Assembly (NCBI GenBank): GCA_963847705.1
Contig: CAWKBC010000044.1
Span: 1 to 64,000 of the forward strand
From: an uncultured Pseudomonadota bacterium
GTDB taxonomy: Bacteria; Myxococcota_A; Polyangia; Fen-1088
Direction: 5' to 3'
DNA: 64,000 bases
Shown here: one piece after another, positions 19,833-29,529 of the stretch
Numbering within the stretch: the stretch's first letter is position 1
Layout of the letters: each line of letters starts with the position of its first letter
Translations under genes and position numbers: made by a program
Notes under the pieces: generated by a model
Seen by the model: only the letters and a program-made list of their open reading frames with translations
Told to the model about the DNA's origin: nothing
The model's database searches: none

Positions 19833-21383
19833 GTGGCTGACGCCTACGATGTGATCATCATCGGGACCGGCGCGGGGGGCGGCACCCTGGCGCTCGAGCT
19901 CGCGCCGTTCGGCAAGAAAATTCTCCTGCTGGAACGGGGCGGGTGGCTGCCGCGCGAGAAGCAAAACTGGAGCGCCGAGGACGTCTTCGTCGACAACCGC
20001 TACGTCTCCCAGGAGACTTGGCTCGACAGCGATGGCAAGCCGTTTCAACCCGGTGCCCACTACTTCGTGGGAGGCGCGACCAAGATGTACGGCGCGGCGC
20101 TCTTCCGCTTGCGCGAGCGCGACTTCGGAGAGCTCCGCCACGAAGACGGGATCTCGCCCGCCTGGCCGATCTCCTACGCCGAGATGGAGCCCTACTACAC
20201 GCGAGCGGAGAACCTCTACCAGGTGCACGGCGCGCGCGGCGAAGATCCAACTGAACCGCCGACCAGCGCTCCCTATCCGCACCCGGCCGTTTCCCACGAA
20301 CCGCGGATTCAACAGCTGCACGACGATCTGGCGCGGGCCGGATACCAGCCCTTCCATTCCCCGTGCGGCATCTTGCTCGACGAAGGCAACATGCCATTCA
20401 GTCGCTGCATCCGCTGCGCCGACTGTGACGGCTTCCCTTGCTTGGTGCACGCCAAGTCCGACGCGGAGGTCATCGCGGTCCGACCGGCGTTGCAGTTTCC
20501 CAACCTCACGCTCCTCACGAACGCGCGCGCAACCCAGCTCCAGACGAATCCCGCCGGCACTGCCGTCACCGAGGTCGTCGTCGATCATGACGGTGCCATC
20601 GAGACCTACCGCGGCGGGATCATCGTGGTCTCCTGCGGCGCCGCCAACTCGGCCCGGCTGCTGCTGGCCTCGGCCAACGACCAGCATCCGCGCGGCCTGG
20701 CCAACGGCTCGGACCAGGTCGGGCGCAACTACATGTTCCACAACAGCACGGCCGTGCTCGCAGTCTCGAAGGAGCCGAATCCAACCCGTTATCAGAAGAC
20801 ACTCGGCCTCAACGATTTCTACTTCGAGACGCCGGAGGTCGACTTCCCGCTCGGCGGCATCCAGATGGTAGGCAAGTCGCAAGGGGCGATGTTTCGGGGT
20901 GAAGCCGAGCTCGCCAAGCTCGCGCCGATGTGGTCGCTCGACGTCCTCGCTCGCCACGCGGTCGACTTCTGGTTGACCACGGAAGATCTGCCCCGATCCG
21001 ACAATCGTGTCACTCTCGAAAGTGATGGCGGCATTCGTCTCAGCTACAAAAAGAGCAATCAGGTTCCGACCAAGAAGCTGTACCAAAAACTGAAATCGAT
21101 GCTGGGACAGCTCGGGATGCATCCCGAGCACCTGCTTCCCCGCAAGCTCTATCTGAAAACCGAGATGGACGTCGCGGCGGTCGCCCATCAGGCCGGGACC
21201 TGTCGCTTCGGCGCCGATCCCGCGACGTCAGTTTTGGACGTCAACTGCAAGGCCCACGAGCTGGACAATCTTTACGTCGTCGACACGAGCTTCTTTCCCA
21301 GCATCGGCGCCGTGAATCCGGGGCTCACCGCCATGGCGAACGCATTGCGTGTCGGCGAGCACCTCCGACAGCGCCTCCGATAG
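19833..21383 (+). CDS. GMC-family FAD oxidoreductase, copy 1
   Basis: IIGTGAGGG, CIRCADCDGFPC Cys cluster, AHQAGTCRFG, NLYVVDTSFFPSIGAVNPGLT. Confidence 0.92.
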   Translation: MADAYDVIIIGTGAGGGTLALELAPFGKKILLLERGGWLPREKQNWSAEDVFVDNRYVSQETWLDSDGKPFQPGAHYFVGGATKMYGAALFRLRERDFGELRHEDGISPAWPISYAEMEPYYTRAENLYQVHGARGEDPTEPPTSAPYPHPAVSHEPRIQQLHDDLARAGYQPFHSPCGILLDEGNMPFSRCIRCADCDGFPCLVHAKSDAEVIAVRPALQFPNLTLLTNARATQLQTNPAGTAVTEVVVDHDGAIETYRGGIIVVSCGAANSARLLLASANDQHPRGLANGSDQVGRNYMFHNSTAVLAVSKEPNPTRYQKTLGLNDFYFETPEVDFPLGGIQMVGKSQGAMFRGEAELAKLAPMWSLDVLARHAVDFWLTTEDLPRSDNRVTLESDGGIRLSYKKSNQVPTKKLYQKLKSMLGQLGMHPEHLLPRKLYLKTEMDVAAVAHQAGTCRFGADPATSVLDVNCKAHELDNLYVVDTSFFPSIGAVNPGLTAMANALRVGEHLRQRLR

Positions 21384-22596
21384 TGACCGAGTCAGCGGTG
21401 ATAGGGCGGCAGCAGCCAGGGACGCCTTGAAGAACCGAGCCCAGGTCGGGGCGGTCTACGGGGCAGGGCTGTTGCAGGGTCTTGCCCTCGTCACTTTTCC
21501 CGCGGCCAGCGCCATCCTCACGAGTCCGCATGCCTATGCCCTGTCGAACGCCGAGTATGGCGGACTGTTCGTCCCGCAGACCCTCATGGCGATCGGAGCG
21601 GCGTTGCTGGGCAGCAAGCTCGCCCGGCAATGGGGGGAAAAGCGCGTGCTCCTCCTGGGTCTCGTCGCGGATCTGTGCTCAATGGTCTTGCTCCTCGTGA
21701 GCCGGCTGTTTCTGGCGACGCACGTCGCTGCGCTCTCCCTTCTGCTCGGAGCGACCGCGCTGATGGGGATCGGGTTCGGCCTCACCGTCCCGGCGCTCAA
21801 CACGTTCGCCACCTCGCTGTTTCCCCGACGGGTCGATGCGGGGGTGCTGGCGCTGAACGCGCTGCTTGGCCTTGGAACGGCGCTGGCGCCGCTGCTGGTG
21901 GCTCTGTTCGTCGGCGTGGGGATCTGGTGGGGTCTGCCACTCGCCGTCGCGGCGCTGCTGGCCGCGTCGATTGCCTGGATCCTGTTCCTGCCCCTCACCG
22001 CTGCCAGCTCCTCTCAGAAGGTTCCCTTCCGCCTCTCCCGTCGGTTCTGGCTCTTTTCAGGGTTCGCGTTGCTCTACGGCGTGGTCGAGACGCTGAACGG
22101 GAGCTGGGCGATCCTCTACATGAAGGGTGTGGTAAAGGCCGACGCTGGGTTCGCGTCTCTCGCCCTCGGGCTGTTTTGGGCCGCCGCCACCGCGGGTCGC
22201 GTCGTCTTCGCAGGCCTCGAGCGCTGGGTGCCATCGCGTACGACCTTCCGGCTGCTTCCCTGGACGATCGGGCTTGCGTTCGTGGCCACGGCGCTGATTC
22301 CCCCTTCGGCGGAGGTTCTGGGTACGGCGGTCTTCGCCCTGGCCGGCTTCGGCTGTTCGGCGCTTCTTCCGCTCACGATCAGCCTCGCCAGCGCCGCGGT
22401 GCCCGCGGGTGAGTTGATCGCCTCCTACCAGATCGGCTTCGGACTGGCGGCCTTCGGCGTCGGTCCGCTGCACGACCGCGCGGGTCTGGGTTTGCGGGCG
22501 CTCTTCGGTGGTGCGGCCGTCGTCGCGATCGGCCTGGCCATTCTGTCCCTGTTCATCGTCCGCGCCGGGACGCCGACATCCGAGCGCGTTCGATAG
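21349..22596 (+). CDS. MFS transporter, copy 1 (true start may be TTG 21427)
   Basis: About 12 hydrophobic segments; motif A-like GSKLARQWGEKRVLL. Confidence 0.88.
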   Translation: MSASTSDSASDSDRVSGDRAAAARDALKNRAQVGAVYGAGLLQGLALVTFPAASAILTSPHAYALSNAEYGGLFVPQTLMAIGAALLGSKLARQWGEKRVLLLGLVADLCSMVLLLVSRLFLATHVAALSLLLGATALMGIGFGLTVPALNTFATSLFPRRVDAGVLALNALLGLGTALAPLLVALFVGVGIWWGLPLAVAALLAASIAWILFLPLTAASSSQKVPFRLSRRFWLFSGFALLYGVVETLNGSWAILYMKGVVKADAGFASLALGLFWAAATAGRVVFAGLERWVPSRTTFRLLPWTIGLAFVATALIPPSAEVLGTAVFALAGFGCSALLPLTISLASAAVPAGELIASYQIGFGLAAFGVGPLHDRAGLGLRALFGGAAVVAIGLAILSLFIVRAGTPTSERVR

Positions 22597-22631
22597 CGCC
22601 GGGGTCGGCCACGAGGCCCTGGCGGCACGAT

Positions 22632-22863
22632 CTACGCCCCGTCGTGCGACAGGTGCCGACGCGCTGTCTCTCTGATGGCTTTGCGGCGCCGTCGCTGGCG
22701 GACGATCTTGTCGAGCGCCCGACCGATCGCTTCTTCCGTCACCTCGGAGCCGACCTGGGCTCTGTAGTCGCCGCTGCGGGAATGCACCATGCAACTCACC
22801 AGCCGATCATGCCCCTGCCTCGAGACGTGCCATTCGACGCGGACGATGTCGCGGAACCGGTTG
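22632..22863 (-). pseudogene. Possible truncated HPF/RaiA-like fragment
   Basis: FRDIVRVEWHVSRQG...VSCMVHSRSGDYRAQV..EEAIGRALDKIVRQRRRRK matches the HPF C-terminal pattern. No own start or RBS. Confidence 0.4.
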
Positions 22864-23253
22864 TCAGGCGAGCAACATGATGTCGACGAGGAGGCTTGCC
22901 CGTTGGCAAAACTGCGCGACATCGGGCGTCGCTCGCGTCGCTTCATGATTCAGCTCTGAGAGGGTCGTCATGACGATGGCGAGCTGTCGTTCGCTGAGCC
23001 GAAGCGTCGGACGGAGAATTTCGGAATGAAGAGCGTTCAGCACCTGTTGCATCAGGTGGTCCAGCGCTGGGCCGACGGCCTCGTCGAGCCCGCCGAGGAG
23101 GTCCAGCGCCGCCCAGAGCCGTTCGCGGGACGTTGGCTGTTCTTCTCGCGTGCACGAAGCCCTCGGACGCTCGTCGACGGGGCCAAGATGCGGCTGCCAG
23201 TGAGCCATGATGTCGAGGAAGGCGGGCGCCGTCATCATCCGTTGTTCATCCAC
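22864..23253 (-). CDS. Hypothetical helical protein (likely start GTG 23253)
   Basis: Open frame with plausible composition, downstream of a sigma54-like motif. Confidence 0.5.
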   Translation of the reverse strand: MDEQRMMTAPAFLDIMAHWQPHLGPVDERPRASCTREEQPTSRERLWAALDLLGGLDEAVGPALDHLMQQVLNALHSEILRPTLRLSERQLAIVMTTLSELNHEATRATPDVAQFCQRASLLVDIMLLA

Positions 23254-23267
23254 GAATTCAATAGAGT

Positions 23268-23281
23268 GCATCCGCCGTGCC
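23268..23281 (-). promoter_or_regulatory. Putative sigma54 -24/-12 promoter
   Basis: Minus strand GG-CACGGCGGAT-GC. Upstream dyads CGTCC-AATTC-GGACG and CCGTC-N9-GACGG at about 23333-23369. Confidence 0.5.
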
Positions 23282-23446
23282 GCGTGATCGGTCGACGCGG
23301 CGGGACCGGCGCTTGGGACGGTGTAAGGGAGTCGTCCAATTCGGACGGAACCGTCAAATCTATCGACGGCGATCGGTGAGATCCCGCGCGCCGTGAAGGG
23401 AACGGATGAACACCACGGAGATCAAGGCCAGCCGACGGCGAGGTCG

Positions 23447-24982
23447 CTAAGCACCGGCGCTGCTGGCGGCGCGCGGACGCGTCATATCGAGGGCGCCGTC
23501 GAAGAGGCAGACTCGGTTCCCGCCCAGCCGTTTGGCGCGATAGGCCGCGGCGTCGGCGTTGGCAAGGAGGTCGTCGCCCGACTGCCCATCCCAGCCGTCC
23601 AGCGGGGCGATCCCGATACTCATCGAGATCTCGATCCCCTCCAGCGAAATCTGTCGAACCTTGCTGAGGAAGCGTTCGGCGAACGCGCCGCCTTCGGCAA
23701 CGGTGGTGTGCGCGAGGATGGCCACGAACTCGTCACCCCCATAACGAGCCGCGAGGTCCGTGTCGCGAATCATGCTTCGCAGGAGCTCGCCGATCGCCTG
23801 GAGCATGCGGCTTCCGACGACGTGGCCGTGGAGATCATTGATCGTCTTGAGCTTGTCGACGTCCATCATGACGACCGCCGAGGTCGCGCCGTATCGCAAA
23901 ATGCGGGACTGCTCGACGGTCAGGCATCGGACCAGCGCCCGGGCATTGCTCAGTCCCGTCAGGGCGTCGACTTCGGCCTCCGAACGCAACTGCTTGTACA
24001 GCAGTCCCTGCTTGAGCGCTCTTTCGACACGCGCCAGCAGCTCTGACGGGGCATACGGCTTTCGCAAGAAATCGATCGTTTCAGGGTCGAGACCCTGGAT
24101 GCGGAGCAGGAGGTCTTCGGCGCCGGAAAGAAAGAGAATCGGAACGTGAGACGTTCGGGGATCGGCGTGGAGGTGCTGTGCCGCGTGGAAGCCGTCGAGA
24201 ATCGGCATGTTGCCATCGAGCAAGATCAGCTCGGGTGGTTCGCGTCGCGCCTGGGTCACGAGCTCATGGCCGTTCCGGGTCAGCACCACATCGAAGCCTT
24301 CATCGCTCAGGAGCTCGTCGATGCTGGCCCCCTGATCGATGTCGTCCTCGGCCACCAGTATTCGCCGCCGTCTGCCCGTCGACACGAGCGTGGGCGGATC
24401 GGCTGGTTGAACGGGGCTCCTCGGCGTCTGGGCGGGCAGCTCGATCTCGAGGCTGGGGCCGGCCCCAAACTGGAGCTCGAGCAGCGTCGCCAACAGTCGG
24501 CCCTCGAGGCGCGCCGCCGCGACGTCGGCCTGAAGGAATTCCCTGGGACGGTCCGACCGAACCGTCACGACGCCCAGGCAATGTGGGCCGGCCACCAGCG
24601 GAATCACCACCACTGCGCCCAGCTGACCTGGCAAGAGACTCGCGATCGGCTCCAGCATGGTGGAGCGTCGCACGTCCTCGATGACGACGACCTCACGGCG
24701 CGAGACGGCCGCGTTGATCTCCGGATAACGGGCGAGATCAATGTAGAACTCTGCCGCGTCAGGCGCTTCCGTCGAGAGCACGACGCGCGCACGGCCGTCG
24801 ACCAGGACGCACGACCCACGATCGCCAAAGCGACTCACCAGCGCCCGGGTACCCTCACGAATCAGGGCACGGCGGCCCCGTCCCACCTCGCCGAGGAGAC
24901 GTTCGAGATTGTCGTCCCCTTCGCCCGTCACGTGTGGCTCCCCGCCCCCGACATGGCCACTTGCTGATTTCTCGTACAACAC
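23447..24982 (-). CDS. GAF-REC-GGDEF diguanylate cyclase
   Basis: GAF-like region, receiver ILVAEDD/LLDGNMP, DALTGL, RDTDLAARYGGDEF (RxxD I-site, intact GGDEF). Confidence 0.92.
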   Translation of the reverse strand: MLYEKSASGHVGGGEPHVTGEGDDNLERLLGEVGRGRRALIREGTRALVSRFGDRGSCVLVDGRARVVLSTEAPDAAEFYIDLARYPEINAAVSRREVVVIEDVRRSTMLEPIASLLPGQLGAVVVIPLVAGPHCLGVVTVRSDRPREFLQADVAAARLEGRLLATLLELQFGAGPSLEIELPAQTPRSPVQPADPPTLVSTGRRRRILVAEDDIDQGASIDELLSDEGFDVVLTRNGHELVTQARREPPELILLDGNMPILDGFHAAQHLHADPRTSHVPILFLSGAEDLLLRIQGLDPETIDFLRKPYAPSELLARVERALKQGLLYKQLRSEAEVDALTGLSNARALVRCLTVEQSRILRYGATSAVVMMDVDKLKTINDLHGHVVGSRMLQAIGELLRSMIRDTDLAARYGGDEFVAILAHTTVAEGGAFAERFLSKVRQISLEGIEISMSIGIAPLDGWDGQSGDDLLANADAAAYRAKRLGGNRVCLFDGALDMTRPRAASSAGA

Positions 24983-25510
24983 GTGAGACTTTCGCGATCA
25001 CCAGTCGTCTTTTTACTGCAACTGGCTCAAGGGAGAACGTAGGCATGAACGGATGCTGTGCCAACCTCTTCGATCGGGCCGTGACCTGGGACTGGACCGT
25101 TCGCACGACATGGGGTGACGCGGAGATCGAAAAACGCGGTTCAGGTCTACCGGAGCCCCGGGGCGACCATTAGCTTCTGGGCGCCATGAACGAGGATCAC
25201 GAAGGGCGCGACCGGGACGGTGGCTCGCTTCGGGAGGGATGGACCGAAGCCGTGTCGGACAGGTCGTGCGATGTGTGGGTACGCGCAGCCGAGCAGGCAC
25301 GGCGCGACATGGCCCGGGCCCAGCAGAGGCAGGCGGGCGCGCCTGAACAGAGCCCGGGGAAGTCCGTCCTCCCTTAGTCCGGAACGGCCACGGGACTCGA
25401 CGTCGGATCAGGAAGGCCACCGGCGAGGCCCCCGGCGTTTGGCGTCTCGGCCGCACCAAGGGGGCGCGATGATCGATGAGCCGTGACTCCCGCTGAATGC
25501 TTTTCGCTTC

Positions 25511-25975
25511 CTAAAGACCCAGCTCGGTCAGCGATGGATGGCCGTCGGGCCGACGTCCAAGAGGCCAGTGGTATCGGCGCTCCTGTTCAGTGATCGCCAG
25601 ATCGTTGATGCTGGCGATACGGACCGCCATGAGACCGCTCTCGGCGAACTCCCAATTTTCATTTCCATAGCTGCGAAACCAATCGCCCCTGGCGTCGTGC
25701 CATTCGTAGGCAAATCGCACCGCGATCCGATTCTCCCGAAACGCCCAGACCTCCTTGATGAGGCGATAGTCCAGCTCGCGCTGCCATTTGCGGGTCAAGA
25801 ACCCCTCGATCTCCGCCCGTCCGTGCAAAAACTCCGAACGGTTCCGCCAGCGGCTGTCTTCGGTGTACGCCAGCACGACCCTCGAGGGGTCACGGCTGTT
25901 CCAGGCGTCCTCGGCCAGGCGCGCTCTCTGGGTGGCTGTCTCGAGGGTGAAGGGGGGACGGGGAGTCGCGGACAT
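25511..25975 (-). CDS. DUF1348 / NTF2-like family protein
   Basis: RPPFTLETA...[10 protein letters not shown]...WRNRSEF...LIKEVWAF...[10 protein letters not shown]. Confidence 0.9.
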   Translation of the reverse strand: MSATPRPPFTLETATQRARLAEDAWNSRDPSRVVLAYTEDSRWRNRSEFLHGRAEIEGFLTRKWQRELDYRLIKEVWAFRENRIAVRFAYEWHDARGDWFRSYGNENWEFAESGLMAVRIASINDLAITEQERRYHWPLGRRPDGHPSLTELGL

Positions 25976-26001
25976 GGAGACCTCCGGCAGGTACCCAATT
26001 C

Positions 26002-26164
26002 CTACGCCGCCCGTTTGGCGACGACCACCGGAAAGTCGACCTCGGTCTCTGCGATCAGGTCGATGTGGTTCGTCCAGGTGTTCAGCGCGACGTGCAGGAC
26101 GATCTCGAGCAGCTGCGCGTCGCGCCAGGCGACGAGGTCGGGCCCGCGACCTGGGCCGACGCCG
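26002..26164 (-). pseudogene. C-terminal remnant of an AhpD/carboxymuconolactone decarboxylase-family peroxidase
   Basis: [33 protein letters not shown]. The N-terminal part is absent and the end of the NHL gene abuts it. Confidence 0.7.
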
Positions 26165-28327
26165 TCACGGCGCGCGGGGTGGGCCGAGCTGCGGCGTGCG
26201 AACGGGCCTGGCCATCCCGTAGAAGACGGTGAGGCCGTTGCCACCGCACCGGGTCGACTCAGCTTCGGGCGGGTTGCCGAAGCAGCTCTCGGAGTTCTGC
26301 CAGTTGTCCGCCACCCAGACGTCGCCTGCGGGATCGATCGCCACGTCGGTCAGCCACTGAATGCCACCGCCGACGTAGCCCCCTGGGGGCGAGATGGGGT
26401 CGCCCGTCTTCATGCCGGAGGGGCAAGTCTCCGGGCTGGCCCCGCACAGCCGCACCAGGTTCGAACCGACCAGCGTGGAGATCCAGACCTGATCGTTGCC
26501 GTCGATGGCCACGCCCCAGGGGGCCCACAACGCTCCCCCGGCGGTGAACGTCGAGCCGCCGGGAGCCTGGCTCCCATCCGGCTGGAGCATGGTGACGTTG
26601 CCCTGGCGATGGCTCTTCGCGTACGCGACGATCGCCTGGTGGATCTCTTGAGACTTGCCGGTGAGCTTCAGCGCCAGCAGCTTCGCTTTCTCTTCGGGCT
26701 TGAGCCCGCTGCCGAGCGTGTCGGCGATCCAGGCGTTGCCCTTGCTGTCGATCGCCATTCCCTTGCCGCTGTGGCCGCCGAGCTTGAAGACCTCGATCTT
26801 GCTCGGGTCGGCGGCCGGAAAGCGGGTCACGGTATCGGTCATCGCGCTGGTGATCCAGATTCGGTCCTGCTGATCGATGGCCAGGTGGAAGGCGCCGTTG
26901 AGCTTGCAGGGGCTGTCCTTGTTCGGCTTGCCGTCGGTGCTGCGACAGAGGAACTGCACGCGCGCGGGGTCGCCTCCGGGGAGGTGGACGACCTGATCCT
27001 TCTCGAAGTCGAGCGCCCAGACGTCGCCGTTCGGCGCGACGATGATCCCCTGCATGAGGCCGAGCTGGCCGCCGAAGCTGTACCCGCCGGGCGGCGACAG
27101 GGGCTTACCGTCCCGGTCGAAGTGCGAGATGGTCCGGCCGATCGTGCTGTCGATCCAGACGGTGCCGTCGGCGGCCACCGCGGTCCCGAACCCTGGACCG
27201 AGCACGCCTCCGCCGGTGAATCCGGTCGTCATGGGAGAGAGAGGCCTTCCGTTGGGCGCGATCTCCGACAGGTTCCCGTCCCACAGGGCGTCGCGGGCCT
27301 GCGACCCGACGATGAAGTTGTCGCCGGTCCACAGGTTCCCCTCGGCGTCGAACGCCAGCTTGCCGGGGCCGCTCAGACCGCCGCCCGTGAACTTGAGCGG
27401 AAGCGTCCAGGCGCTGGGCGCGTTGCTGAGGTAGGGCATGTACGGGGTGCGCCGCAGCGACTGTCCCTTGGCCACGGGGTACAGCTCGTTCAACAAGGCG
27501 AGCAGCTTCCCGGTATCGCGCGACGGGTTCCGGGCGATCGTTTGCGCCGCGGCCAGCGTGTCCTTGGGTGCGTCACCACCGGCGGCCACCGCCGCGAAGA
27601 GCTTCTCGCACGCGCCGTTCGACACCTCGGCCGTGCATCCCGCGAGGAGGCTGCTCAGAGTCGCGAGGTTCGCCATGGTGGGGGTCTCGGTGCTGTTGAG
27701 CGCGTCCTGGATCGCAGCGCCGTAGCCGCCCGTCTCGAGGTTGACGAAATTTGGGACGTTGTCGGCGGCGATGCGGACGCCGAGCGCTGGACCGCTGATC
27801 GCCGCGCCCTCCAGGAACTGCGCCGAGGTCCAGACCGACGCCACGGTCGTGAGCTCGTTGATCGTCATCCGGGCCGGTGGCGTTGCACCCAGCACCGTCA
27901 TCAGAGCGATGGCGTCGTTCGATGCCCCGCCCGCCGAGGACGCGGGGTGGCCCCCCTTGGCCACGACGTAGAGCACCGACGGCGGGCCGCCACGCTGGCC
28001 TGGCGCAGAGAGCTTGAATCGACCAGCGGCGTCCGTGTGGGACTGAGCGAGCCGCGTCGGGCCACCGGTCTCACCGGTCGACCACAGTGTCACCGTCGAA
28101 GCGACGATGGGCGCTCCGCCGCCGAGGACCGTCCCTTCCAGCGCGCGCGCCGCGCCGGCGGGACCGGACCCCTGGCCGACAGCCCGCGTCCGCTGGGCGG
28201 CCTGCGTCCGCTGGATCGCCAGCGCGGCCACGACGACGACGACAAGGACCCCAGCCCCAAGAAGACTCAGCCTCCGCACCTTCAACACCACCTCCCGCGT
28301 TGCTACCGCACCTGCAACCGTAGTCAC
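26165..28327 (-). CDS. Secreted or membrane-anchored NHL-repeat beta-propeller protein (start uncertain)
   Basis: N-terminal TM. Repeated LAFDAEGNLW, MAIDSKGNAW, VAIDGNDQVW and VAIDPAGDVW blades. Confidence 0.85.
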   Translation of the reverse strand: MTTVAGAVATREVVLKVRRLSLLGAGVLVVVVVAALAIQRTQAAQRTRAVGQGSGPAGAARALEGTVLGGGAPIVASTVTLWSTGETGGPTRLAQSHTDAAGRFKLSAPGQRGGPPSVLYVVAKGGHPASSAGGASNDAIALMTVLGATPPARMTINELTTVASVWTSAQFLEGAAISGPALGVRIAADNVPNFVNLETGGYGAAIQDALNSTETPTMANLATLSSLLAGCTAEVSNGACEKLFAAVAAGGDAPKDTLAAAQTIARNPSRDTGKLLALLNELYPVAKGQSLRRTPYMPYLSNAPSAWTLPLKFTGGGLSGPGKLAFDAEGNLWTGDNFIVGSQARDALWDGNLSEIAPNGRPLSPMTTGFTGGGVLGPGFGTAVAADGTVWIDSTIGRTISHFDRDGKPLSPPGGYSFGGQLGLMQGIIVAPNGDVWALDFEKDQVVHLPGGDPARVQFLCRSTDGKPNKDSPCKLNGAFHLAIDQQDRIWITSAMTDTVTRFPAADPSKIEVFKLGGHSGKGMAIDSKGNAWIADTLGSGLKPEEKAKLLALKLTGKSQEIHQAIVAYAKSHRQGNVTMLQPDGSQAPGGSTFTAGGALWAPWGVAIDGNDQVWISTLVGSNLVRLCGASPETCPSGMKTGDPISPPGGYVGGGIQWLTDVAIDPAGDVWVADNWQNSESCFGNPPEAESTRCGGNGLTVFYGMARPVRTPQLGPPRAP

Positions 28328-28659
28328 CCCCGTAAAGACGGTAAGCCCGGCATGGGCCTGAAACCGTTTAGGTTCGAAGGGGCGCCCTTTTGGGCAGAAC
28401 CTCGGCGGCCCGCAGCTTGCCGCTCACTTCGCGCGAATTGGACGGCCGGTGCAGCGGAGAATCGCCCAAGGTGGGGACCTGCGCGTCGTAGAGGAAACGG
28501 TTGCGAGGGGACGGCGCAGGCCAAAACACTCGTCTGAAGCGTCGCCAGAAGCGGCGAGTGGGCTTCGCCGCGTAAACAAATTCCTCGGTTTGACCGCCAA
28601 CCGCACAATCCTTTGCCGGTACAGGCTGTTCGCGGCCGACTGCGAGCGGGAACCAGGGG

Positions 28660-28673
28660 GGCATGTCCCTTGC
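28660..28673 (+). promoter_or_regulatory. Putative sigma54 -24/-12 promoter
   Basis: GG-CATGTCCCTT-GC, upstream of an operon that ends in an NtrC-family activator. Confidence 0.55.
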
Positions 28674-28688
28674 AGCACAGGGCTTCCG

Positions 28689-28961
28689 ATGCGCGTTTTG
28701 CAGGCGCGATTCCACAGCAAGAACAGAGACAGCGGCAGCTTCATCGTCGTCGGCCACGTCGTGTGGGACAGCGAGCGGGCATGGCCGGTCGTTCAACCAT
28801 CGAATGAGCTCCTGATGCGCGACGAACCGGCCACGCTGCTCTCGAAGCTGCAGTACCTGGTGGCGATCAACGGCCAGGAGTCCTTCCAGCGGTTGCAGAT
28901 CTTGCGAAGCCAGTTCTGGTCCTTCGTCGAGGTCGATTTGGTCTCATCTTCGGGAGGTTAG
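28689..28961 (+). CDS. Hypothetical 90-aa protein
   Basis: MRVLQARFHSKNRDSGSFIVVGHVVWD...; ends 2 nt before pal and contains the pal RBS. Confidence 0.6.
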   Translation: MRVLQARFHSKNRDSGSFIVVGHVVWDSERAWPVVQPSNELLMRDEPATLLSKLQYLVAINGQESFQRLQILRSQFWSFVEVDLVSSSGG

Positions 28962-28963
28962 AC

Positions 28964-29503
28964 ATGATCACGGTACGGTCTATCGGTGTTCCGGTCAGTG
29001 TTCCGGTCCTGGGCGTCCTGGCCTCGATCGCGGGGCTCAGCGGTCTTGGCTGCTCCCACGAGCAGAAGGCCCCGCCCGCTCACCCTTCTCAACCGATGGC
29101 GCAGGCGGCGCCTCGCCACCAGGCGCCGACGCAGGGGCAGGCCACGAACGAGGGACAGGACGGCCCCAAGGGCAAGGAGGAGCCGGTCGTCTTCTTCGAT
29201 TTCGATTCGTACACGCTCCGCGGGGAAGCGCATCCGGTGTTGCAAAGCGTCGCCGAGAAATTGCGGGGTCGAGACACCGAGAAGCTTCAGATCGAAGGAA
29301 ACTGCGATGATCAGGGGACCATCGAGTACAACCTGGCGCTCGGAGAGGAGCGGGCCCGCGCGGCCAAGAATTACCTCGTCCACCTGGGTGTCCCAGATTC
29401 ACGGATCGCCACCGTCAGCTACGGCTCCCAGCGGCCCAAATACCAGGGTCACGACGACGCCGCACGCGCCAAGAACCGCCGCGACGACCTGGTGGTGCGC
29501 TAG
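28964..29503 (+). CDS. Pal/OmpA-family peptidoglycan-associated lipoprotein
   Basis: Lipobox LGC. VFFDFDS, IEGNCDDQGTIEYNLALGEERA, TVSYG, KNRR. Confidence 0.9.
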   Translation: MITVRSIGVPVSVPVLGVLASIAGLSGLGCSHEQKAPPAHPSQPMAQAAPRHQAPTQGQATNEGQDGPKGKEEPVVFFDFDSYTLRGEAHPVLQSVAEKLRGRDTEKLQIEGNCDDQGTIEYNLALGEERARAAKNYLVHLGVPDSRIATVSYGSQRPKYQGHDDAARAKNRRDDLVVR

Positions 29504-29529
29504 AGCCCCGTCGCGGTCATACTGCGACC

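Noticed and set aside
25186-25377. 63-aa ORF
   Set aside because: No RBS, motif or operon context.
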